The notes under the pieces are model-generated. The model made no database searches. It was not told where the DNA came from and saw only the letters and a list, made by a program, of their open reading frames with translations. Below are positions 35,001-48,344 of a stretch of 64,000 bases of DNA, piece after piece; position 1 is the first letter of the stretch; every line of letters begins with the position of its first letter. The position numbers and the translations under genes were made by a program. The DNA is taken from NCBI GenBank assembly GCA_002269645.1, contig NIVC01001121.1, forward strand, positions 1 to 64,000, written 5' to 3'. This DNA is from Macrostomum lignano (taxonomy: Eukaryota).

Positions 35001-38000
35001 TGAGGTGTGGGGAATGATGGGTTTGTGAGGTGTGGGGAATGATGGGCCCTGAGGTGTGGGGAATGATGCTTCTCTAAGGTGTGGGGAATGATGGGCCCTG
35101 AGGTGTGGGGAATGATGGGCTTCTGAGGTGTGGGGAATGATGGGCTTCTGAGGTGTGGGGAATGATGCTTCTCTGAGGTGTGGGGAATGATGCTTCTCTA
35201 AGGTGTGGGGAATGATGGGCCCTGAGGTGTGAGGAATGATGGGCTTCTGAGGTGTGGGGAATGATGGGCTTCTGAGGTGTGGGGAATGATGCTTCTCTGA
35301 GGTGTGGGGAATGATGCTTCTCTGATGTGTGGGGAATGATGGGCCTGAGGTGTGGGGAATGGTGGGCCCTGAGGTGTGGGGAATGATGGGCTTCTGAGGT
35401 GTGGGGAATGATGGGCTTCTGAGGTGTTTGGAATGATGGGCCTGTGAGGTGTGGGGAATGATGGGCCTGTGAGGTGTGGGGAATGATGGGCCTCTGAGGT
35501 GTTGGGAATGATGGGCCTGTGAGGTGTGGGGAATGATGGGCCTGTGAGGTGTGGGGAATGATGGGCCTCTGAGGTGTGGGGAATGATGGGCCTGTGAGGT
35601 GTTGGGAATGATGGGCCTGTGAGGTGTGGGGAATGATGGGCTTCTGAGGTGTGGGGAATGATGGGCTTCTGAGGTGTGGGGAATGATGGGTTTGTGAGGT
35701 GTAGGGAATGATGGGCCCTGAGGTGTGGGGAATGATGTGGTAGTATGGGGTATGTGGTGGTTTCGGTAGTTTGGGTTCTGGAACGGTGCTTCACATATTG
35801 ACTATCATACAATAATTAAAAAACCGAGCGTAATGAATGACTCAGATTGGGGTAAAACTAAAAGCTGAAATATTCAATTTTTTTTCATAAATAACTCTGT
35901 TCACAGCTGCACAAATGAAGATAAGATATTGTAGTAGACCTACAAAAATGAGAATTTTTTAAACATTCCTGAAAGTGCCCGTGTTAGTCATAGCAATCAT
36001 AGAAATTCATTTGCGGATATCCCGTTTATGCCAGATAAAACAGCCAGTGCATTTTACTTAAAAGTTGAAGTCGATAACAAATACTCGTAGGCTTGCAAGT
36101 GTTCAATCACACTATTGATTAGTTATTTATTTGAACGTTTAGCAAATCAAATCATGCTTAAGCTTAAGGCAGTCAAGATTTGATTCTCAGCTAGATTACA
36201 AACCCAAACTTTCTGTAGCCTTGGGCCATGCAGGGCGGATCAAATGTTATGCCAGACACAGGCTTTGAATTGTTTGCATTGCCGTGAGCTCTGCTGCCTT
36301 TGCTACTTATATAGTAGCATGGGAAGAAAAACAACAATATAAAGGAATGTCTTCAGTGAAGTTTAGTGGGTCATATTCAAACTAAACTTATATCAAATCT
36401 GGGCGATACTTTAAGGGATTTCAGGCAGATTCTTATAGGAAATTGAGACAAATTCTTATGGGGAATTCAGAACAGATTCTTATGGGGAATTCAGACAGAT
36501 TCTTATGGGGAATTCAGACAGATTCTTATAGGAAATTCAGACAAATTCTTATGTAGAATTCAGACAGATTCTTATAGGGAATTCAGACAGATTCTTATGG
36601 GGAATTCAGACAGATTCTTATGGGGAATTCAGAACAGATTCTTATGGGGAATTCAGACAGATTCTTATAGGAAATTCAGACAAATTCTTATGTAGAATTC
36701 AGACAGATTCTTATAGGGAATTCAGACAGATTCTTATGGGGAATTCAGACAGATTCTTATGGGGAATTCAGAACAGATTCTTATGGGGAATTCAGACAGA
36801 TTCTTATGGGGAATTCAGACAGATTCTTATAGGAAATTCAGACAAATTCTTATGTAGAATTCAGACAGATTCTTATGGGGAATTCAGACAAATTCTTATG
36901 GGGAATTCAGACAGATTCTTATAGGAAATTCAGACAAATTCTTATGTAGAATTCAGACAGATTCTTATGGGGAATTCAGACAAATTCTTATGGGGAATTC
37001 AGACAGATTCTTATGTAGAATTCAGACAGATTCTTATGGGGAATTCAGACAGATTCTTATGGGGAATTCAGACAGATTCCTTTGGAGAATTCAGACATTT
37101 TTCAAAGTTTGAAAAGACAATGCCTCACCATAAATTAAACAAGCGCTCAAAAAAGTGCTCGAATGCTATTAGCAACAGAGGCTCACTTGAAATCTTCGTC
37201 TACCGGCGGCCGGCGAGCGCTCCAGATGTCCTTGACCCGGTCAATCACGTCGTCCTTCATCGTGCGGTACCGGCCACCCTCCAGTCGTCTATTTCGCCCA
37301 ACTGGCTGCCGCCACAGCCGCTACCGCCGCCACCATAGTTGTCGGAGAAGGCGCCGCCTTGAATAAATGGAAATTTACATTTTCTTACACTAAATAGTAT
37401 GTTTTACAGTAGGCATTTTGCAAATATTAGAAAGTCAGACGCCCATCAATCGCATTGACAACCTCCTCCCAGCCAATCTTCGTGCATGAGCCCTAAGTTA
37501 ATGTGGGCGCTTAGCTACACTCGTACTCTTGCTCAATCAGGTAAAACAATTAACGCAAGTGAGCCCAGGTAAACCATCAATAGCCCAGATAGCGCAGGTA
37601 AACCAGGTAGCCCAGATAATCCAGGTAAATCAGGTATTATGCCCAGGTAAACCAGGTATTATGCCCAGGTAAACCAGGTATTATGCCCAGGTAAATCAGG
37701 TATTATGCCCAGGTAAACCAGGTATTATGCCCAGGTAAATCAGGTATTATGCCCAGGTAAACCAGGTATTATGCCCAGGTAAACCAGGTATTATGCCCAG
37801 GTAAATCAGGTATTATGCCCAGGTAAACCAGGTATTATGCCCAGGTAAACCAGGTATTATGCCCAGGTAAACCAGGTATTATGCCCATGTAAACCAGGTA
37901 ATGCCCAGGTAAACCAGGTATTATGCCCAGGTAAACCAGGTATTATGCCCAGGTAAACCGGGTATTATGCCCAGGTAAACCAGGTATTATGTCTAGATAA

Positions 38001-41000
38001 ACCAGGTATTATGCCCAGGTAAACCGGGTATTATGCCCAGGTAAACCAGGTATTATGCCCAGGTAAACCGGGTATTATGCCCAGGTAAACCAGGTATTAT
38101 GCCCAGGTAAACCAGGTATTATGCCCAGGTAAACCAGGTATTATGCCCAGGTAAACCGGGTATTATGCCCAGGTAAACCGGGTATTATGCCCAGGTAAAA
38201 CAGCTTTTCCAGGTACCTCCGTATCCGCCACTGCCAAAGCCGCTACCGCCGCTGAACGAGTTGCCCGAATAGCCAGTATATTTGTCACGATTCTTGCGGG
38301 CAGCTTTGCGCTCCTCGCGAAGCTTGTCGTCGTCTTGAATGAATTCCACTAGCTCGTGGGCCTTGTGCCGAACTGCGGGTATAGGATAGGGGTATAGGAT
38401 AGGAGGGTATAGGATAGGGGAGTATAGGATAGGGATGTATAGGATAGGGGGCATATGATAGCGGGGAATAGGATAGGGGGCATAGGATAGGGGAGTATAG
38501 GATAGGGGTATACAGTATTGGATAAGGGGTTTTGGATTGGGTTATAGGATGGGGGTATACGAGTATGATTGGGGGTATAGGATAGGGGTATAGGATAAGG
38601 GTAAAGGATAGGGGTATAGGATAAGGGTATAGGATAAGGGTAAATGATAGGGGCATAGGATAGGGGTGTAGGATAAGGGGAGATTATCGGAATGGGGAAC
38701 ATCTTAAAATCATTGGTAGACTTTAAAGACAGTGGGGAGATTCTAGAGAGGGGATGGGTATACTCGCATTCTGTGGTTTTTACAGAAAAATGCTTCATTT
38801 AGGCTTTAACAATCCGCACCGCAGCAGGTAAGAAAGAATATTCAAAGCAAATCTCAAGTTTTCAGCTTCCAGTAAGCCACCCTGTGCACTCACTATTTAT
38901 TCCTTCATCTTTGCCGCGCTCATCAACAAACTGGTAGGACTCGAGCCCTCTCAGGTCGTAGATGTGCTCTCGGGCGCTGGTGACCACTCGCTCCGAACCG
39001 TGTCGAATCAGGTAGGTGAGCAGCAGGAGGGACTGTTGAATATAGGGGGTGGCATCCAGAACTGAGGAAGCGGATAGGTAGATTCTCAAAGGACTGAGCG
39101 ATCAGAGGCAGATTCTCAAAGGACTGAGAGATCAGAGGCAGATTCTCAAACGACTGAGAGATCAGAGACAGATTCTCAAAGGACTGAGAGATCAGAGGCA
39201 GATTCTCAAAGGACTGAGGGATCAGAGGCAGATTCTCAAAGGACTAAGGGATCAGAGGCAGATTCTCAAACGACTGAGAGATCCGATGCAGATTCTCAAA
39301 GGACTGAGGGATCAGAGGCAGATTCTCAATGACTGAGAGATCAGAGGCAGATTCTCAAAGGACTGAGGGATCAGAGGCAGATTCTCAAAGGACTGAGGGA
39401 TCAGAGGCAGATTCTCAAAGGACTGAGGGATCAGAGGCAGATTCTCAAGGACTGAGCTGAGAGATCAGAGGCAGATTCTCAAAGGACTAAGGGATCAGAG
39501 GCAGATTCTCAAGGACTGAGCTGAGAGATCAGAGGCAGATTCTCAAAGGACTGAGGGATCAGAGGCAGATTCTCAAAGGACTGAGAGATCAGAGGCAGAT
39601 TCTCAAACGACTGAGAGATCAGAGACAGATTCTCAAAGGACTGAGGGATCAGAGGCAGATTCTCAAAGGACTGAGGGATCAGAGGCAGATTCTCAAACGA
39701 CTGAGGGATCAGAGGCAGATTCTCAAGGACTGAGCTGAGAGATCAGAGGCAGATTCTCAAAGGACTGAGGGATCAGAGGCAGATTCTCAAAGGACTGAGG
39801 GATCAGAGACAGATTCTCAAAGGACTGAGGGATCAGAGGCAGATTCTCAAAGGACTGAGAGATCAGAGGCAGATTCTCAAAGGACTGAGGGATCAGAGGC
39901 AGATTCTCAAAGGACTGAGGGATCAGAGGCAGATTCTCAAGGACTGAGCTGAGAGATCAGAGGCAGATTCTCAAAGGACTGAGAGATCAGAGGCAGATTC
40001 CCAAAGGACTGAGAGATCAGAGGCAGATTCCCAAAGGACTGAGAGATCAGAGGCAGATTCTCAAGGACTGAGAGATCAGAGGCAGATTCTCAAGGACTTG
40101 GGAATCAGAGGCCAGATTCTCAAGGATTGAGAGATCAGAGGCAGATTCTCAAGGACTTGGGAATCAGAGGCCAGATTCTCAAGGATTGAGAGATCAGAGG
40201 CAGATTCTCAAGGACTGAGAGCTCAGAGGCAGATTCTCAAGGACTGAGAGATCAGAGGCAGATTCTCAAAGGACTGAGGGATCAGAGGCAGATTCTCAAA
40301 GGACTGAGGGATCAGAGGCAGATTCTCAAAGGACTGAGGGATCAGAGGCAGATTCTCAAAGGACTGAGGGATCAGAGGCAGATTCTCAAGGACTGAGAGA
40401 TCAGAGGCAGATTCTCAAGGACTGAGGGATCAGAGGCAGATTCTCAAGGACTGAGAGATCAGAGGCAGATTCTCAAAGGACTGAGGGATCAGAGGCAGAT
40501 TCTCAAGGACTGAGAGATCAGAGGCGGATTCAGCAATCAAACAAACCTTGTAAACACGGCGCCAGTTTCGCTTATTATCGAAAAGCATCCGTTTCCAGAG
40601 CATGCCCATGACCTCAGGAAACTGTTCGTAGCTCATGGTAGCATTGGCCAGTTCTTGCATCACCTCGCCGTGTGGACCCCAGGCTTCATCGTTTGTGGCT
40701 TCTCTTACCTTGCCCTCCAGCTCCGTGTAGTTCATCACCACATTGGTGCTGCAGGCAGGGTTCAGTTTGGGGTAATAAATTGGCTAGATTGACAATAGTG
40801 CCATAGAATTAACAATTAGAACTCAGAGAGATCAAGATCCATTTACTATTTTAACTTCTGTGCCTAATAGAAGCCTAGCTTAAAATATAATAAAACTAGC
40901 ATTTCAATTTAATTCTAGCTATGGCTATAGAATACTATTGCATCTGCAAAAAATAGGTACCTATGGCATTTATAAATAAACCCATAGAAAACAACTAGGC

Positions 41001-44000
41001 CTACTTTTAGTTTAGTTCAGTTTAGTAACATTTAAGCCAGAGTCTAAAGTGAGAATTTCTTAATTCAAAGATAGAACTATAATAGCAATCTAGTGCGGCC
41101 CCCCTTCGGGGCGCCCAAAAAGAAAGGAGCAAAAATAGTTCATGGAAAACAATAAAAAAGCACATTTTCTTAAACACCCATTCCTTCTTCACTTTTATAA
41201 ATCACCTTATTCGTGTAAAATTGCCACGGACAAAGGTGTTTGCAAAGTGAAAGTATCACCTTTTCTCTAAAATTAACAAACAGACAACAAAATATAGCTT
41301 CCTATAAATAGAAAATATTCCCAAGTCAGCAAGCATCCCCTCCAAAAGTAAACAACCGCAGATAGCAAGCATCCTCTAATGCTCATAGCAAGCATCACCC
41401 AAGATACCAAGCATCTGCAGATACCAAGCATCCCTCAGATTGAAGCATCCACCCAGATAGCAAGCATTCTGCAGATAGCAAGCATCCCCCCAGATATTGT
41501 TAAAGCATCCACCCAGATAGCAAGCATCTCCCAAATATTGTAGAAGTATCCACCTAGATAGCAAGCATCCTGCAAATAGCAAGCACCCCCCAGATAGAAG
41601 CATCCACCCAGATAGCAAGCATCTCCCAAATATTGTAGAAGTATCCACCTAGATAGCAAGCATCCTGCAAATAGCAAGCACCCCCCAGATAGAAGCATCC
41701 ACCCAGATAGCAAGCATCTCCCAAATATTGTAGAAGTATCCACCCAGATAGCAAGCATCCTGCAAATAGCAAGCACCCCCCCAGATATTATAGAAGCATC
41801 CACCCAGATAGCAAGCATCCTGCAAATAGCAAGCACCCCCCCAGATATTATAGAAGCATCCTGCAAATAGCAAGCACCCCCCAGATATTATAGAAGCATC
41901 CTGCAGATAGCAAGCACCCCCTAGATATTATAGAAGCATCCTGCAGATAGCAAGCACCCCCCAGATATTATAGAAGCATCCACCCAGATAGCAAGCATCC
42001 TGCAGATAGCAAGCACCCCCTAGATATTATAGAAGCATCCTGCAGATAGCAAGCACCCCCCAGATATTATAGAAGCATCCTGCAGATAGCAAGCACCCCC
42101 CAGATATTATAGAAGCATCCACCCAGATAGCAAGCATCCTGCAGATAGCAAGCACCCCCCAGATATTATAGAAGCATCCTGCAGATAGCAAGCACCCCCC
42201 AGATATTATAGAAGCATCCACCCAGATAGCAAGCATCCTGCAGATAGCAAGAATCCCTAAATAGCAAGCATCCCTGGATAGAAAGAATCCCATACATGTA
42301 GCCAGTACCCCCCAACTCCCAAATAGCAAGTATCCCCCCTTGAGAGCACGCATCTTCTAGATAGCAAGCATCCACGAGACAGCAAGTAGCTAGTATAAAT
42401 GTTACCTCCGCTAATGCAATAACCACTTTCTCAGGTTGTGAAACAATCCACGTCTCAGCGAGCACAATAATCTCTTTTTTAGACAGCGCAATAATCAGCT
42501 TCACAGCTAGTGCAATAATCCTTTACTCATCAAGTCCAAAAATCGATGTCTGGGCTAGTGCAATAGCCCTTTCTAATCTAGTGCAATAATCCTTTACTTA
42601 TCAAGTCCAAAAATCGATGTCTGGGCTAGTGCAATAGCCCTTTCTAATCTAGTGCAATAATCCTTTACTCATCAAGTCCAAAATCGATGTCTGGGCTAGT
42701 GCAATAGCCTTTTCTAATCTAGTGCAATAATCCTTGGCTTATCAAGTGCAATATTCCTTGGTTTATCAAGTACAATAATCTTTGGCTTATCAAGTGCAAT
42801 AATCCTTGGTTTATCAAGTGCAGTAATTCTTGGTTTATCAAGTGCAATAATCCTTGGCTTATCAAGTGCAATAATCCTTGGTTTATCCAGCGCCATAATC
42901 CAGGTCTTTTTAATTAATTATAAAAAATTTATGCTACTTATATTTTTTAATACATTACTAAGATTCGAACCCAGGTTGCTGCATTAGCAGTCTAGTGTGT
43001 TCACATCTAGGCTAGCTCTCATTGAAATTATAAAATAATTTGTAGCACTTTTATAATTCAATACTCACACCAAGTCAATTGAGTAAAAGTCACACAAAGC
43101 ATTTATGACAATTTCTTAGGCAAGTCAGTACCAGTCTCTATTAAAGTTAGCAATATGGTTAGGCAATATAAATCAAGTATTGTGCTATGCTTCCACACTG
43201 CGTTTTCAATACTGTGATGCAATTCAATTCAGTGTCAAAATTCAGCCAATACACAGACAATAAATAAAAAGCCTATTGTGATTATGCAATCTATTTTAGA
43301 ATCAGAATTCAACCAGTCAGTTTTTTCTCTAGCATTCTTACAATGCATTTCAAGTTGAAAGAGCTGCTTGACCTTTGCAAAAAAGCATGTTTTTTGAATA
43401 TTTAATCCCTTTAGCATAGAGCAATTTTTTAGCCACGTTGCATGTACCGTCACCAGAAAATTTCTGATCAAACAGTGCAAGTTTGAACAAAATCAGTTGA
43501 GCCGTTTTTGCTAAAATCGATCACATATACACAGACAGACCATTTTTAGTATATGGAAAAAATAGATTATTGTTACAAAAAGAAATATTATTATTAATAT
43601 TTAATATATGGCAACACTATTGCCTAACATAATTAAAAGCTAACTTTTTTACTAAATATGTCTAAGTATTTTTTTGCAGTAAAGTAGTCTCTAGAAATAC
43701 AAAATATATGTAATATTATAAATAATATAATTTTTTCTCTATTTTGAGCATTATTATTATATTATTATATCACAACACAAGCAAAAAAGTAGAGATATAT
43801 TCAATATCCTTGGAAGTAAATAGTAATAACCTTTATAGTAAAAGATTATCTAGCCCACCAAAGTAAAACTATATGATTTTTTAGTCACATTAGCAATGAT
43901 TTATCATTCATGTCAATATATGAAATTTTGTTATAAGTATAATCATTAGTTTTGAAATGTTCTATATTCAATAAGATAGCTTATATAGTATATTGTCACA

Positions 44001-44478
44001 ATTGCCATGGCACCATATTATTATTATTGGATTATTTTTATAGTATAGTGACTATGCATCTATATAAAGCACTTCCTCTAGCAAAAAAGGTCATTTTTTG
44101 CCATAGTTGATAAAATAATTTATTTGTTCTACCCTACTAAAATGTAGTTTTTATAATAATTTTAAATGCAAAATGCAAAAAACAAAAAGCAAAATTAAAC
44201 TGATCACATAAATTCACATTCACTATCTGCAGGTCATTAAATTCATTTCCTCTAAATCTTTTTCAAAATTAATGGGTGAAAAGACATTGACTATAGGCCT
44301 CATATTATAATAGTTATAAAAATGCTGTAATTTGATTAAACCCGAATGGCCCAAAACAGAGCTACTTCATGAAAACTTGAACAAAATCCGAAAAAACAGC
44401 ATTTTTTCAACAAAAAACGAGTTGCACTTACACTTTTTCAGCTAAATCCTTTCCTTTTGAAAAAACTTCACGAAGCAT
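29076..44478 (-). CDS. CLINT1: Clathrin interactor 1 / epsinR (ENTH-domain adaptor)
   Basis: Exons 44432-44478 (MLREVFSKGKDLAEKV), 40547-40748 (TNVVMNY..REATNDEAWGP..WRRVYK), 38894-39032, 38217-38372, 37187-37357 (1-nt frameshift near 37280), 34110-34480 (DEFADF), 33398-33458, 32901-33250 (GFADF, DLL) and 29076-29335 (QAFADLVSLK*). Phases are consistent if the exon-6 donor is GC. Confidence 0.92.
29385..32848. repeat. 24-bp minisatellite, about 145 copies, filling the last CLINT1 intron
   Basis: Unit GGCGATTCTTATGGCTGTCTCAGG with variants; the long ORFs here are repeat artefacts. Confidence 0.97.
33575..34104. repeat. 19-21-bp minisatellite starting at a CLINT1 splice donor
   Basis: Units CCCCACACTCACGGATCTA and CCCCACACCCCCAGATCTA. 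Confidence 0.95.
34540..35745. repeat. 24-25-bp G-rich intronic minisatellite
   Basis: Unit GAGGTGTGGGGAATGATGGGCCTCT. Confidence 0.96.
36420..37095. repeat. 22-bp intronic minisatellite
   Basis: Unit GAATTCAGACAGATTCTTATGG(G). Confidence 0.95.
37575..38200. repeat. 22-bp intronic minisatellite
   Basis: Unit GGTATTATGCCCAGGTAAACCA. Confidence 0.96.
38378..38690. repeat. Degenerate 13-15-bp intronic repeat
   Basis: GGGTATAGGATAG repeats abutting the acceptor at 38373-38375. Confidence 0.9.
39078..40530. repeat. 29/30-bp intronic minisatellite
   Basis: Unit AGATTCTCAAAGGACTGAGGGATCAGAGGC. Confidence 0.96.
41325..42370. repeat. Compound minisatellite in CLINT1 intron 1
   Basis: Core AGATAGCAAGCATCC / GCAAGCACCCCCCAGATATTATAGAAGC. 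Confidence 0.92.
42430..42900. repeat. 24-bp repeat plus three about 75-bp copies
   Basis: AGTGCAATAATCCTTGGCTTATCA units; AAGTCCAAAAATCGATGTCTGGGCTAGTGC x3. Confidence 0.88.
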
Positions 44479-45780
44479 CTTGAAAATACAGAGCAAGAGA
44501 AGAGATTTGAAGTACTGTTTTGCAGTCAAAGATCTAGTAACTCAATCAGCACTGTATTAAAAATTATCTTGCTACTACAATTTTTATAATATCTTGAATG
44601 GCTATTACCAGTTTAATCAGCCTCAAGACCTAGCCCTAAGTGCGGTGTGGTTGGTGTTCACTCGGAAATTACAATCTACGAAAATATGCTATTTGAAAGA
44701 ATACAATCTCGGTAACTACGTCATCATCGGTTGCTTAAAAACCCGTAAATCTATAGAAATTGAAAATCGCAAAAAGTTCTATTTGTTATATTTTCAACGT
44801 TTTTCTACACTTGTCGGCTCCTACAGCATACTATAAAACGAAAAATATAAGCCCAAAAACACTACCCGGAAAAGGAATGCCTTAGCGATGATAATGTTAT
44901 AAACTTAATTGACATTTAAAACGGAGTTACATGTAAAAGGCAAACAGATTTGATTTTTTTCTCAAGTATTTCAGTAGAGCCAATGCTAATATTTTATGGT
45001 GCAAATAAGTTAATGAGGGTCTAGCTGGTAAACACAGGGCATTGCCGTTGGGTGGAAACTTGCATTAAGCTAGGACTTCTAGACTAGAAGCTAGTCTAGT
45101 CTAGAAGTCTAGAAGTCTAGACTAGAAGCTAGTCTAGAAGTCCTTGGCATTATGGTACATGTAAATCAAGAATTTTGCCTATTTTTTTTGTACCGGCGTG
45201 CACTTGCACTGTTGATCGAGCGAATATTCGGGTGCACCCATAAACCTTTCCTCACGTGCCCATGCACCATCTCCCGCTTTTCTGGTGGCTCTATAATTGC
45301 TAAATGCTAAGATGTTTTACACCGCCAGCCCCCTAGCTGTGACCGTCCACGATCCGCATTCTGTAATGATTGGCTAAGACTGCCCGTCTCGCGCCCCCCC
45401 CTTTCCTCAGTTATGGTTTATTCGTTGTGTACGCGATTTTGCCGACCAATCGACGGCCGAGAAATAGCAGTTGGGTCCTAATCTCAAACCCTAGAGGTTT
45501 GGGCCGCGGTGACGAGAGATGATGTGACAAATTATATAAAATATGTGTTGGGGTGAGTAAGGGAGATCGCGCGCCTGTGGAACGTATATCTTGACGCTTC
45601 AATTTACAGCATGAAACGCACTAACATTAGAAACCACTCGGCCGCTTTGGCTCGCTCCACCGTGAAGTTATAGTACGTTATAGACAAAGATGAAGTTATA
45701 GACAAAGATATAGCTACCGCGGTCGATCTTCAAAGAAAATTAACAGTGAGTTTGTTTAGCTTAATTTGCATGGTAATATA

Positions 45781-46512
45781 CCTTTTTGCGATCTAGTTTG
45801 CTAAAACTGCAATCAATTTTGCCCGCGGAAAAACATCACTTATAATTTTGCTGTCTATGCCAAGTCTGCTCAGTCATGACCAGAGTTTCAGCCACACAGA
45901 CAACTCTGAAAACTGCAATCAATTTTGCCAAAACTGCGACCTAGTTTGCCCATAGCAAAGAAAACACCACAGACATACATAACAAGATCAAAGAATGGCC
46001 CAGCGTGGACCTTATAACGGGATTTCAGCGAAGGACCGGCAGCGATTGATTCAAGCATATCAGGATGGAGAGGACTGGTAAGATTTCAGTAGGCTGTGTT
46101 GGGCATCTCACGAAGAACCGTGACTTACATGGTTGGACAATTCAATGCAACCGGTCGTATAGAGTCTCTGCCTCGCGGAGATGCCAAGCGGAGGTCCCTT
46201 AACAATGCGCTATGATTGAGAGCATTTGTTGCCTACGTCTACCATTATAAACTCGCTGTTTATTGTTCATTGTTACAGTGTATTTCGTCACACTTCCGAA
46301 TTGATTCTTAATAAAAATTCTTCTTGGCTTGCTATGGGCAAACTAGGTCGCAGTTTTGGCAAAAATTTTTGCAGTTTTAAAGAGTTGTCTGTGGCTGAAA
46401 CTCTGGTCATGATCGACTGAGCAGACTTGGCCTAGACAGCAAAATAATAAGTGATATTTTTCCGCGGGCAAAATTGATTGGCACAGTTTTGGCAAACTAG
46501 ATCGCAAAAAGG
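45781..46512 (+). mobile_element. Internally deleted Tc1-like element (732 bp) with about 180-bp IR/DR-type TIRs
   Basis: TA|CCTTTTTGCGATCTAG ... CTAGATCGCAAAAAGG|TA. Direct repeat AAAACTGCAATCAATTTTGCC twice in the left TIR. From ATG 45995 a remnant MAQRGPYNGISAKDRQRLIQAYQDGEDW*... resembles the paired-like HTH of Tc1/IS630 transposases. Confidence 0.85.
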
Positions 46513-47097
46513 TACATGTATACTACATGTAGCTCTCTTCAGGAACGTTGTTTGAGTTGTGGGATCTACGTACACTACTGTATAGGGATGGACTGACTCG
46601 GTGTCTTGACGCAATCTCACGCTCAGCTATATATTGAAGTCAAGTTCGACTGAAGCGATCCTTAAGGCTTGTCCGCTGAAGGGATCGTCTAGCTGTTGGC
46701 ACATGATCAGGCCGAGTAAACAGCACCATTGCCTTCAAAAAGTACCTGCAGCACCAAAATGAGTGCCTGTGGGTGGCGCGGAAAATTACTTTAACAACAC
46801 CTGGAGTCCCTTAATAATCAAGGAATATTCCGTTCAGGGTTCTTGTTGGTTTGTTGGTTTTGCCCCCCCCCCCTCTACCAGAAAATCTATGGCGAAATAA
46901 CCTCTGGGTAGTCGGACATACTGCAAGCTATTGGAGCGAACACTGCTTAAGCAAAAATTAATTTATTAAGATTAGAAAACCTGCCACTGTTGTTAGATCT
47001 CAAAAAATGAATAGTTATACAACACAGAGGAGTATAGTTTGCCTAGCAGTCAAGGGTTAAGATATAGTAGATCCAGCTAAACCCTTAGTAAACCCTC

Positions 47098-47388
<291 letters not shown>

Positions 47389-48344
47389 CAGGGTAAAGGA
47401 GGTAGAACGAGCACAAACACACGGATCTGCTGCTTTCTGTTTGGCCGGAGAGCTGAGGCTAAAGCTACCTCATGTCCTGAGCTGTAGCTGCACAACCACT
47501 GTTTGCAGTGGGGGTTATTTTTCCAGCAGCCAGTTCCAGGCCGCCTCTGTGTATGCGTTGCTAATGACAAAGCGCTTTTCCGGCTTACTGGTTGCTATGG
47601 GACGCATGCGCCATGCGGATCTTTTCGCTTTTCCCACTCCTGCAGACTCCAGCAAACTACCTGGTATAAAGGGAAAAAAGAAAACTAGCGGGGCGCACGC
47701 CATCCGCAGCTTCCCAATTTCCATAGAGTTGTGTTCTCAACTCCCTTTACCTCGCTCTCCCACACCCAGAAATCGTGTATGCTTCCCCTCGTGTTTGCTC
47801 ACCAAACTGTGGGGCCTGCATCCTTCTATACCAACTTGGGCATGCAGCCTAGCTCGTACGTCGCAAACTAAATACACACGTACGTGAATACTAAGCCAGT
47901 TAAACGTCCAAAAGCCATATGTAGCCCTCCTCAGCTTGTAGCCAATAGAATCTTTAGCAACCAAGCAGCCTTCATCGTGTGCGAATTTCATTGGAGCCAA
48001 AACCAATTCAGTTTTTTGTTTGACTATCGAAGGAGTATATACAATGCAGCTACCTGTATATATATCTTGAAAATTTACGGACATCTCAGATTTAACGAGC
48101 TGGACTGAATTGAGTCTTACACTTATAAGGAACTGAAATTAGTTGTTTAAATTTGCAACGCAACGTTGATCGGAAATTCTGGATAAAAACTTGAAAAGGT
48201 AAATGCGAATGTCTCTGTTATTCAACCAGGTAGAAAACACTAACTACTAACGAACCTTTGTGTGATTGAAAAGTGAACCGTTCTCTATGATTAAGAGGCA
48301 TTACCTATGTGTACAGTATAGAATAAAACGTGGCATCTGTAGTA

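Noticed and set aside
45180-45270. Alternative CLINT1 first exon near 45.2 kb
   Set aside because: No epsinR-like N-terminus; 44432-44478 gives the right phase, a GTAAGT donor and the conserved ..AEKVTNVVMNY.
47600-47660. VVCWSLQEWEKRKDP as a BIR-domain fragment
   Set aside because: The Zn-ligand spacing is missing and the frame stops a few codons later.
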